Positions 18,565-26,984 of a DNA stretch of 64,000 bases are shown in pieces (within the stretch, counting starts at the first letter, position 1; each line of letters opens with the position of its first letter). Both the position numbers and the translations under genes were made by a program. The stretch lies in NCBI GenBank assembly GCA_001770175.1, contig MEQK01000086.1, forward strand, positions 1,521 through 65,520. Direction: 5' to 3'. Origin of the DNA: Bdellovibrionales bacterium RIFOXYD1_FULL_55_31. GTDB lineage: Bacteria > Bdellovibrionota > UBA1018. A model generated the notes under the pieces. That model was not told the origin of the DNA. It worked only from the letters and a program-made list of their open reading frames with translations, and did not search any database.

Positions 18565-19488
18565 ATGATTCGGTATAGGCGGTACGCGGCCATCGTGGCG
18601 GGGGCGTATTTATTTTTCGGCGCAATCTATATTCTCATTTCCGGTCAAATGGCGGCCGCGATTTCGAGTACAATCGGCGATTTCGCGAACATCGAGCGGA
18701 CCAAGGGAATCATTTTCATCGCATGCACCGCGATCGGGATTTATCTCTTTGTTTCTTGGCAGCTTCGCCTGGTGACCCGCGACGCCGCCGAACTTCTCCG
18801 GAATCGCGATTTTCTGCTCGCCTCCGAGCGAAAGACCTTGGCGAGTATTTTTGCGGTATCCATGGCGCATGATTCGAAGGACGCGATTGCGCCGTTGTTC
18901 GGGGTCATCGGGGAGCTCCGCGCGATCCGGCAAATGAGTGAAAGCGACCGCGCGAAGATCGCGGATCTCGAAAAAAGAGTTCATCAGCTTTTCGACAGGT
19001 TCGCGCGACTGAGTGAAGCGGGTCTGGGGAATCTTGCCGCGAAAAAAATGGAAGTCGAACTCGGAGCGTTGGTGAAAAGCACGATCGAGATGGCGAGGGG
19101 TAATCCGAAAGTCGCCGCGGTTTATCTTGAGTTGTCGACGCCTTCGCCGATCTGGATCACGGGCTACCCGACGTTGATCCATAAAATGCTGCTCAGTCTG
19201 CTCGATAACGCCGCCGAGGCGGCCGGAGTTCAGGGTAAAGTTGAAGTCAGACTCCGGCACGAGAATTCGTTGGTGACGTTCGAAGTTCACGACGATGGCC
19301 CGGGGGTTTTCCCGAATCATCGCGCGTTTATTTTTGAGCCATTCTTTACGATGAAGCAGGGTGCTCTTGGTTTGGGGCTTCTTGCCGTCAATACTTGCGC
19401 CGAAGCGCACCGCGGCCGCATCGAGATTTCCGAATCGGACCTCGGGGGGGCCTGTTTCAGAGTTGTATTTCCCGACGGGCGGGGCTGA
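18565..19488 (+). CDS. sensor histidine kinase (two N-terminal TM helices, HisKA-HATPase)
   Basis: Start ATG 18565 (track ORF begins 18352 but would overlap pgm). Two TM helices. H-box VSMAHDSKDAIAPL. HATPase boxes (LLDNAAEAAG; HDDGPGV; GLGLLAV). Confidence 0.75.
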   Translation: MIRYRRYAAIVAGAYLFFGAIYILISGQMAAAISSTIGDFANIERTKGIIFIACTAIGIYLFVSWQLRLVTRDAAELLRNRDFLLASERKTLASIFAVSMAHDSKDAIAPLFGVIGELRAIRQMSESDRAKIADLEKRVHQLFDRFARLSEAGLGNLAAKKMEVELGALVKSTIEMARGNPKVAAVYLELSTPSPIWITGYPTLIHKMLLSLLDNAAEAAGVQGKVEVRLRHENSLVTFEVHDDGPGVFPNHRAFIFEPFFTMKQGALGLGLLAVNTCAEAHRGRIEISESDLGGACFRVVFPDGRG

Positions 19489-19500
19489 GCGGCTGACTCG

Positions 19501-21120
19501 CTAGAATAGTGTCTTCGGCTGATAATTAATGATGATCTGGTCCGTGTTGGCCAAGCTGAGGAGGAAATCCAGATCGGTGATGGTCAGAACCTTTCCGCTC
19601 ACGGTGAACTGAGACGGCAAGAGGACGGTCAGGGTTCCATCGGCGTGCTTGATCGCGACCGTCATTTCTTCGGTTGTTGTTGGCGCGCGTTGAAGCTGGA
19701 AAATGGCCTTCTTGTTCAAGATCGCCATCCCGATCGCGTCGAGCATGGGCGAGTAGTCGGGGTTGTCGATTTCCATCACGCTCGAGCCGTTGGCGACGAG
19801 ATTGCCGAGTTCAATGAATCGATCGGCGCGGTCGAGCTCGTTCGAACTGCGCTGAGTCCTGAGATTTTGGACTGAGGCCGCCGTGGAGGCCACGATGGAT
19901 ACCACGAAGTAATTCGGGTTCTCTGTCGCGCCCGTTTGGTCCAAGGTGTGGAAAAAGGTGTCGATCTGACCTTTGATGTCGGCGACCGGGACCAGCTTGG
20001 TTGGATCCGGGCATGACGGTACCGTGAAAGAAACCCCGTCGATCAATTTCGTGCAGGTCGCCGCATCGGTCGTATAGTAACTGTTCGCCAAGAAACCGGT
20101 GTAAGGCGCCGGAGGAATGATCATGGTCTGATCTTCTTCGTCTCCGACGAGAACAATGACTCGAAGGGAATCCTTTCGAAAGAACGCCGTAGGCGAACCG
20201 GCAACTTCATTATCAGCAAGGAGTTGTTGCAGGGAAGCGAGTCCACGTTCGTAACCGATTCCCGTCACACCCACGCTCAAATTGACAAGAAAGTCCTGGA
20301 TCAGACGCGCGGTCCACGCGGCATCGGTGGGGGTTCCGGCGGGGGGAATAGTGGCGATGATCGATCTTCCGGAGTGCACGGTATCGTTCATCGGCGTATT
20401 CACGCACTGACTGGCGCTCGTTTCGCCGGAGCCTGGATACGCACAGCGTTCCGGGCCGGTGTTTCCGGTTTGATCGTCACGTATGTAGCACTTTGAAACG
20501 TCAGTGGCGGAAATGAAAAGCGCATTTGCCTCATGGCAAAGCGCAATCATGGGGCCGTCGTGGTTGCCGGGAAGAAGCTTTGCCCAATTCGGGCCGAGTT
20601 GCGGTCTGCCTTGGTTCACCTTGAGTCCTGCCGTGAATTTGCCGTAGTCCGGGCTTGCCGGGTTCATGTTCACGAGATTGGGCGCCCAGGGGGGGTTCAC
20701 GAACGGAGTGCTTCGGCCCGGAATGCCGTTCGCGGTGATTCCGCGAAGGTAGCTTGACTGTGCTGGGCTGCCGACGGGGACCTGGTAGAGGTTGAGGTAA
20801 TTAGTAAATGCAGGGTGCGCAAGGTACGTATCCGTTGTGATCACCGCGACCCGGATATCCCAGTTTGGCTTCATGTATTTTTGCGCAAAACCACTGAAGC
20901 CATCCCGGATTCGCTGCTGAGAGACGTCCATGCTTCCGGAGTTGTCGATCACCCAGAGCATATCGAGCTTGGTGTTGATTTCCTGGCTCGTGGCGAAAAC
21001 TTCCTCTTGTTGCGCCAGGCGAAAGGAGCCTGGCAGTTGGCCTGTGCAGCCCGAAAGGAGATTGATCCCGATGATGCTAACTGAACAAATCACCAGTTTT
21101 TTCAAACACCTTATCGTCAT
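19501..21120 (-). CDS. von Willebrand factor type A domain lipoprotein
   Basis: Signal/lipobox (LLSGCTGQ). MIDAS motif LDMLWVIDNSGSMDVSQQRI (DxSxS) and later VAVITTDT. 539 aa. Confidence 0.7.
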   Translation of the reverse strand: MTIRCLKKLVICSVSIIGINLLSGCTGQLPGSFRLAQQEEVFATSQEINTKLDMLWVIDNSGSMDVSQQRIRDGFSGFAQKYMKPNWDIRVAVITTDTYLAHPAFTNYLNLYQVPVGSPAQSSYLRGITANGIPGRSTPFVNPPWAPNLVNMNPASPDYGKFTAGLKVNQGRPQLGPNWAKLLPGNHDGPMIALCHEANALFISATDVSKCYIRDDQTGNTGPERCAYPGSGETSASQCVNTPMNDTVHSGRSIIATIPPAGTPTDAAWTARLIQDFLVNLSVGVTGIGYERGLASLQQLLADNEVAGSPTAFFRKDSLRVIVLVGDEEDQTMIIPPAPYTGFLANSYYTTDAATCTKLIDGVSFTVPSCPDPTKLVPVADIKGQIDTFFHTLDQTGATENPNYFVVSIVASTAASVQNLRTQRSSNELDRADRFIELGNLVANGSSVMEIDNPDYSPMLDAIGMAILNKKAIFQLQRAPTTTEEMTVAIKHADGTLTVLLPSQFTVSGKVLTITDLDFLLSLANTDQIIINYQPKTLF

Positions 21121-21249
21121 AGTGCCTCCACGGAGTCACTCCGGGTATCGTGATTGCCTATTGAACATTTTAACATCCGGTGACGCTCAACGTCAAAAAA
21201 ATTAATTCTATATAACTTTGTTAATAAAATTCGACCCGTTGGCATGATT

Positions 21250-23142
21250 TTAGGCCGCTTGTCCTTCACCAGGTTTTCTGAATGGAGGAGGCACGCTGAA
21301 AGGGGGTGGTATAACGACTTTTTCCGAGTGGGTGGGCTCGTAAGAGGAATAAGGCGTCTCGACAATGACCGGTTGTCCTTCAGATCCGATGTAGCCCGTC
21401 ACTTTGTACAGCTGAATCGGAGCGCTCTTCCCCTTGACCCGGACGCTTTGGCAAGCCTCGAAAATGAAGCGATCGCTGATTCGTTCGTAAACGTTTTGCG
21501 AGATGAGCAGGTCCGTGCCGTACTCTTTCGTGACCGATTCGACGCGTGAGGCGAGATTCGTGGAATCGCCGATCACGGTATATTCCATCTTTTCATCCGA
21601 CCCGATATTGCCGGCGATGACAGGCCCGGTGTTTAGACCCATGCCGATTTTGATCGGGTTCTGACCGCGCGACAGTCGAAGTTTGTTGAGCTTCGCAAGC
21701 TCCTCGCGCATTGCGAGGCATGCCCGGACCGCGTTGAAGGCATCGTCGGCATGTCCTATCGGAACACCCCAGAGCGCCATGATCGCATCCCCGACGTATT
21801 TATCGACGACTCCGCCGTAGCTTCGGATGATGCTCACCATGCGGGTCATGTACTCATTCAGCATTTCAACAACCTGCTCTGGTTCCAATGATTCGCTCAT
21901 GCCGGTAAAGCCGCGGATGTCGCTGAAGAAGATGGTCACTTCCTTACGTTCGCCGCCCAGGTTGACTGCGCCCGAAAGAAGCTTTTCAGCGATTTCCTTG
22001 TTGTGGAATTTATTGAAAACCTGCTTCACGCGATCGCGTTCGGCGAGGCCTTTGGCCATTTCGTTGAAGGCGAGGGCGAGCCTCGAGACTTCGTCACGGT
22101 TCTTTGGCCTCAGGTTCACGTCAAAATCGCCGCTCGCGATTCGTTGTGAAACGGCGACGAGTTGTTTGAGGGGCCAGGTGATTGTGCCGGAGTAGAGGTA
22201 GCCCGCCAGGAAGGCGAGCGAGAGAATCACCAGCCCGAGATACATCGATTTGTGCTCGACCCTTTTCGCGGCTTCGAAAGCTTTCGCTTCGGGCATCTCG
22301 GCGATCACACCGAGCCCTCCAAAGCCGACGAGATGAAAAGCCCCAAGCCGGGCGTCCTTGTTTTGAGGGTCGATGTACCGGGTTTGGCCGTTGCTCGACT
22401 TGCCAGATAGGAGTTGCTTCACGATCGGTAAGTATGAAACGTTTTCTCCTGCCGAGACGCGGCTTCCATCCGGATGAGCCAGGAGTTTGCCTTTGTAGTC
22501 CACCATGAAGCTCGTCACGAGATCGCTCTCGCCGAAAGCTTTCAAAAACCGATTCTGCCGCACGAGCGCGACCAGGAGATGAGTGAAATGGTCCCCTTGC
22601 TGGACAAAAGGGACGGCGATCGCGACGGCGGCACTCGAATCTTCGAGTTTAATCGTCGAAATCTGAACGGCTCCTTTGGCAACTTGGGGAATTGAGAGGT
22701 CCTTATCTCCCGCGATCGCGGTCAGGGCTTTCGCGCCGTCGCTATCTCCGAGATGCTGCATTTCGGGGGAGATGGCGCGTGATCGTACGGTCCAACCGCC
22801 CGCCGCCGACTGATACAGGTAAACGGCAAGGAAATCTTTGTCTTTGGCGAAGAATTCACGGACGATCGGGGTCTGGGATGGGGTGTTCGGCGTCGTTTCG
22901 AGGAGTGCTGTCCCGAGCACCCGCATTTTTTCGGTGATGCCGCCGAAGAGTTCCCTCATCTGGGTCGAAAGCCCGGCAGCCATATCCGCGTTCATGACTT
23001 GAATCAGACCCTTGTTGTCTTCGACAAACATGCGGGTCGAAATCAAGACGAGTGTCGTGATCGATCCCATGAGAAGAATCGCGATTAAAGCGATCAGTTT
23101 TGTTCCTACCGTCATTCCAAAAGGAGTTTTCAGCTTAGGCAC
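21250..23142 (-). CDS. class III adenylate/guanylate cyclase with extracytoplasmic sensor domain and HAMP
   Basis: N-terminal TM (LIALIAILLMGSITTLVLI), ~250 aa periplasmic region, second TM, HAMP-like segment (ITWPLKQLVAVSQRIASGDFDV). CHD motifs (VTIFFSDIRGFTGMSE; GDAIMALWGVP; GLNTGPVIAGNIG). Proline-rich C-terminal tail. Confidence 0.8.
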   Translation of the reverse strand: MPKLKTPFGMTVGTKLIALIAILLMGSITTLVLISTRMFVEDNKGLIQVMNADMAAGLSTQMRELFGGITEKMRVLGTALLETTPNTPSQTPIVREFFAKDKDFLAVYLYQSAAGGWTVRSRAISPEMQHLGDSDGAKALTAIAGDKDLSIPQVAKGAVQISTIKLEDSSAAVAIAVPFVQQGDHFTHLLVALVRQNRFLKAFGESDLVTSFMVDYKGKLLAHPDGSRVSAGENVSYLPIVKQLLSGKSSNGQTRYIDPQNKDARLGAFHLVGFGGLGVIAEMPEAKAFEAAKRVEHKSMYLGLVILSLAFLAGYLYSGTITWPLKQLVAVSQRIASGDFDVNLRPKNRDEVSRLALAFNEMAKGLAERDRVKQVFNKFHNKEIAEKLLSGAVNLGGERKEVTIFFSDIRGFTGMSESLEPEQVVEMLNEYMTRMVSIIRSYGGVVDKYVGDAIMALWGVPIGHADDAFNAVRACLAMREELAKLNKLRLSRGQNPIKIGMGLNTGPVIAGNIGSDEKMEYTVIGDSTNLASRVESVTKEYGTDLLISQNVYERISDRFIFEACQSVRVKGKSAPIQLYKVTGYIGSEGQPVIVETPYSSYEPTHSEKVVIPPPFSVPPPFRKPGEGQAA

Positions 23143-23304
23143 ACATCCCCCTGATGTGGTCTGTTCGGAATTTCTATTCCAAAGCCTGAGTCTTTATAGC
23201 GCTAGTCTTTATTCTCGACCGGGGGGGTGACGGGAGCTAACCCGGTGAATCGGGTCCAGATTTTCCAAAAGAATCGACCGGGTTTGACCGAAGAGTAAGA
23301 CGGC

Positions 23305-25314
23305 ATGGACTTAATCGCACCGAACCCATTGAATCGCCAATTCGAGGCGAAGACCCTCCTGGTCATTCTGCTCTGTTCAGGGCTGGCCGCCTTTGGTGGC
23401 TATCGACTCTATTCCGATCTCGATTCCGGCGGGTTGGTCCATCAAGGCAAAACGATGGCGAGAGTTGAGCGGCGCGAGGCAAGAGTACGGTACAAAACGC
23501 CCGCGAGTTTTGTATGGGAAACGGTCGAACAGGATCAAAGTCTTTATGAGCACGAGTCGGTTCAGACCGGCCACGCAAGCGCCGCGGTGATCCGCATGAG
23601 CGGCGGAGCCACTCTTGAGCTGGGCGAAAACAGCCTGATCGTTCTGAACGAAGTCGACAATCTCGCGCTCAACTTCGTGAAAGGATCGGCGGTCGTGCAC
23701 GAGTCTTCGGGCGATCGTCAGATCAGCATGAGCAAGGACGGCAAGGTGAGCGTCGAAAAGCTCAATATCCGCCTGCTCAATCCCGGTCCGCTGGCCGAGT
23801 ACTTCGTTTCGGGCGGCGAGGCGAAGTCGATTCAGTTCGAATGGGACAAGCCGGGTGAGTTTTTCGTCGAGGTTTCCAGGGATCGGACATTCAGCGCCGC
23901 GCGAACCGATCGGATTCCCGCGGATGCGGGCAAGAAAACTTTTGCGGCCAAGTCTCTCGCCGTAGGCAATTATTATTGGCGGGTGACCGGAGCCGAGGGG
24001 ACGCATAGCCAGGTCCGGGCTCTCCGTGTTTCGACGGCATCGCCGCTTCAGCTCCTGAGTCCCTCCGCGATGGAGAGAGTCCGTGCTTTTGGCGACGTCG
24101 CGGATCTGCAATTTCGTTGGATGCCTTCTCAGACCAGTCTTGCGACGAATCCCGATGTCCGGCATCAGCTGGAGATTTCGGCCGATCCGGCTTTCAAGAA
24201 GGTCGAGGAAACGCAAGACGTGTTCCCGAACAGTGGGAACGCAATTGTCCGGACCGCGGCTTCCGGCAGTCTTTTTTGGAGGATCAGAAGTCATTACGGA
24301 GATCTGGTTCTTTCGAGCCCGGTTGAGAAGTTCACGCTGGAGCGAACGGATAAGGTGCTCCTCGAACTGCTGCGACCGGCCGAGAATGATCAGCTGGCTC
24401 TCGGAGCTCCGGTTCGCTTTACCTGGAACGCGAATGCCGGTGATCTCGAGTACGCGTGGGAAATTCAGGATTCTAAAGGTACCCGGCTCGCGACTTCGAA
24501 GGGACCTGTTCCGGGTACTCTCTGGAAGGACACCGGCCCTGGGGCTTATCGCTGGCGCGTCGTCGCGTCGTGGAACGGGAAATCCGTCGGCGAGTCCTCC
24601 TGGCGCCCGTTCTCGATTTCGAGCGGAAGTCCTCTCGTTCTCTTGACCCCGGCCAAAGACGAGAAGTTTGTTTTTTGGGAAAAGGAATTGCCGCTCTCCT
24701 TTCGTTGGCAAAAGGACGCGCTTCTTGAGCGACCCGAATATTCCTACGTTATCGAAGTCGCGGCTGATCGCGAATTCAAAGGAACGCTCTTGACGAAGAC
24801 CTCCCGCGCTCCGCAGCTGGCCGAAGCGACGATTCCGCCCTCGGCTATTCCCGATGAGCCGCGGGCCTTCTTCTGGAAGGTGAAGGTCACCGATTCCTCC
24901 GGAAAAATCGTGAAAACGAGTGAACCTCTTTCCTTCTTCTATGGACGGTACCCCAGGCTTGCCGCGCCTCAGTCGGTGATGCCCGCGGCGATTTTCAATC
25001 TTCGTGACGATAAAAAGGTTCCCCTCATCGAGTGGGCAGCCGTCGAGGGTGCGAAGGGCTATGAGGTTTCGGTCTTCCGGATCGAGCCCAAAAATAATGG
25101 ACGCGGACCGGCCGCTGAGCAGGTCATTGTGAAACAGCTCGTTCCGGACGCGAAATTCGAGTTTTCGAAGCTCCCGGTCGGAAAGTATCACTGGAATGTC
25201 CGCGCGCTGGACCGGATCGACCGCCCCGGGCAGCCCAGCGCTCGCGGAGAGTTCGAGGTCAGTTACGGAAAACCCCTGCGCGCGCCCAAAGTTCGCAGCG
25301 CCGAGGTGCAGTAG
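23305..25314 (+). CDS. membrane-anchored FecR-domain protein with ~5 tandem Trp-containing Ig/FN3-like repeats
   Basis: N-terminal TM/signal anchor (LLVILLCSGLAAFGGYRLY). FecR-like block (SGGATLELGENSLIVLNEVDNLALNFVKGSAVV). Repeats each carrying a conserved aromatic-W motif (YYWRV, LFWRIRS, AYRWRVVA, FFWKVKV, YHWNVRA). A paralog occurs at 62720. Confidence 0.55.
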   Translation: MDLIAPNPLNRQFEAKTLLVILLCSGLAAFGGYRLYSDLDSGGLVHQGKTMARVERREARVRYKTPASFVWETVEQDQSLYEHESVQTGHASAAVIRMSGGATLELGENSLIVLNEVDNLALNFVKGSAVVHESSGDRQISMSKDGKVSVEKLNIRLLNPGPLAEYFVSGGEAKSIQFEWDKPGEFFVEVSRDRTFSAARTDRIPADAGKKTFAAKSLAVGNYYWRVTGAEGTHSQVRALRVSTASPLQLLSPSAMERVRAFGDVADLQFRWMPSQTSLATNPDVRHQLEISADPAFKKVEETQDVFPNSGNAIVRTAASGSLFWRIRSHYGDLVLSSPVEKFTLERTDKVLLELLRPAENDQLALGAPVRFTWNANAGDLEYAWEIQDSKGTRLATSKGPVPGTLWKDTGPGAYRWRVVASWNGKSVGESSWRPFSISSGSPLVLLTPAKDEKFVFWEKELPLSFRWQKDALLERPEYSYVIEVAADREFKGTLLTKTSRAPQLAEATIPPSAIPDEPRAFFWKVKVTDSSGKIVKTSEPLSFFYGRYPRLAAPQSVMPAAIFNLRDDKKVPLIEWAAVEGAKGYEVSVFRIEPKNNGRGPAAEQVIVKQLVPDAKFEFSKLPVGKYHWNVRALDRIDRPGQPSARGEFEVSYGKPLRAPKVRSAEVQ

Positions 25315-26984
25315 TGCGCGCCTTTATCGTGCTCATGGCTGTTTTGGTTTTTCCCGGTTTGGTCCATGCGAAATCGGTCGTTCTCGAATGGGAGCCGATC
25401 GAGGGTGCCGCGCAATATGATCTGAAGATCACACAAAAGGGGAAATCGATTCTTTCAAAATCGGTCGAAAAACCGAAGTGGAACGGATCCCTTCAGCCGG
25501 GACTCTATTCATGGCAACTCAGAGCCGTGGATCGGCTTAATAACCCGGGCGATTGGAGCGAAATTTCGAGTCTGGTGGTGCTTGCGCCCGCGCCGGAACC
25601 TCTCCTCCCGGAAGATGGCGAGAAATTCGTATTTTACGACCACGGCAAACGCACGCTTTTACGTTGGCAGGAGGTGTCCGGGGCCTCGGCCTACGCGGTC
25701 GAGGTTTTTCGAGGAAAGGACAAAATTTATTCATCGCTCGTGCGGAACGGGACGGAACTCGATCTCGGGGCGCTTGCGCCAGGCGACTACCGATGGAATC
25801 TGAAATCGGTGATCTCAGGCAACGAAGAAGGGGAGCGCAAGTGGGAGGGGAAGCCGAGCAGCCCGCGGGAATTCACAATCGTTCACGCCGCGCTCGAGCG
25901 GCCTCTCCCGGTCTTTCCGAAAGGTCCGATCGTGTCTCAGTCGGCAAAAGTGACCTTTAGCTGGAAGAAAGTCGAGGGTGCTGAAGGCTACGAACTCCGG
26001 CTTGTCAGAAAGCTCGAGGGGCAGGACCGGGCAGTGGCCAGTGATCTCGGCGTTTCCAATCCGCTCATTGTCAAGGAGAACACGGCTACGCTCGACCTCA
26101 TCGCCATTTCGAAGCTGAAGGGCAAGGGAACGATCGATGGCCAGTACGTCTGGCAAATTCGGGCACTCGCCAGTCTTGAAAAAGGTTCATCGATGGTAAC
26201 CGGGCCCGGCGCAATTACCGAGTTCATGGTCGATCACGCGAGCTATGGCCAGGGCGCGGGATTTGTCGCGCTTTCTTCGATCTTCGCGCCGTTTTCGTAT
26301 CAGATCATCAGCCCGCTCAGCGGTTATCGGGGGACCACTCAATCGACTGCCCTGACGGGGCGCTTGAGCGCGGAATACTGGCCGCGCCCGCGCGTCGCGA
26401 GCGGCGGGACACCCGGCTTGGCGAAGTGGGGGGTAGCTTCGGGGTTTGAAATGACGGGCATCACCTTCAATAACCAGAACTACGGCCGGCTCTCGTTTGA
26501 ACTCCTCGGAAAGTATCAGATCCCGCTCACGTCCAGCCGTTACGGCTGGGTTCTTTCGCCGAAGGCCGGGGTCGAAGGGCGCCAGTATCTTTCTTTGACA
26601 CCGGTCACGGGCGTGAGCCCGCTGAAGGTCGAGGCAACGACCCTGATGGCTCTGGGCGCGACGATCGGGCTGGATGTTCGCAAGCAGTTCTCGGCGCGCT
26701 GGAGTTTGGGGACGAAGTTCAGCTATTTCAGGCCGCTTTCGTTGTCTGGTGTCGCGGGAGCGGCGATCTCGCCCGAGGCCTCGTATCGTAATCTTAGCTT
26801 CGGCGCGCTTTGCATTTACTGGCTCACTCCTGACATTGGTCTGAGCGGCGGTACCTTTCTCGAGAAACGATCGATCAGTTATCTCCCCGTCGCCTCTGCC
26901 GCGCGCCCTCAGCCCCAGGCCGAGCAGGTCTATACGGACGGTTCATATTTTTACGGGAGTGTGATCTTCAATTTCGGGCGTTAG
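25314..26984 (+). CDS. secreted protein with Trp-containing Ig/FN3-like repeats and C-terminal putative beta-barrel-like domain
   Basis: GTG start overlapping the stop of the upstream gene (TAGTG at 25312-25316). Signal peptide (AFIVLMAVLVFPGLVHA). Repeats with YSWQLRA, YRWNLKS, YVWQIRA. C-terminal ~250 aa Gly/Ser/aromatic-rich alternating region ending ...GSVIFNFGR. Confidence 0.5.
   Translation: MRAFIVLMAVLVFPGLVHAKSVVLEWEPIEGAAQYDLKITQKGKSILSKSVEKPKWNGSLQPGLYSWQLRAVDRLNNPGDWSEISSLVVLAPAPEPLLPEDGEKFVFYDHGKRTLLRWQEVSGASAYAVEVFRGKDKIYSSLVRNGTELDLGALAPGDYRWNLKSVISGNEEGERKWEGKPSSPREFTIVHAALERPLPVFPKGPIVSQSAKVTFSWKKVEGAEGYELRLVRKLEGQDRAVASDLGVSNPLIVKENTATLDLIAISKLKGKGTIDGQYVWQIRALASLEKGSSMVTGPGAITEFMVDHASYGQGAGFVALSSIFAPFSYQIISPLSGYRGTTQSTALTGRLSAEYWPRPRVASGGTPGLAKWGVASGFEMTGITFNNQNYGRLSFELLGKYQIPLTSSRYGWVLSPKAGVEGRQYLSLTPVTGVSPLKVEATTLMALGATIGLDVRKQFSARWSLGTKFSYFRPLSLSGVAGAAISPEASYRNLSFGALCIYWLTPDIGLSGGTFLEKRSISYLPVASAARPQPQAEQVYTDGSYFYGSVIFNFGR

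Noticed and set aside
23377-25191. 604-aa ORF on the minus strand antisense to the FecR/FN3-repeat gene
   Set aside because: Arg/Gly/Pro-rich low-complexity translation typical of antisense frames in GC-rich DNA. The sense strand carries a signal anchor, a FecR-like block and a repeat architecture shared with a paralog at 62720.
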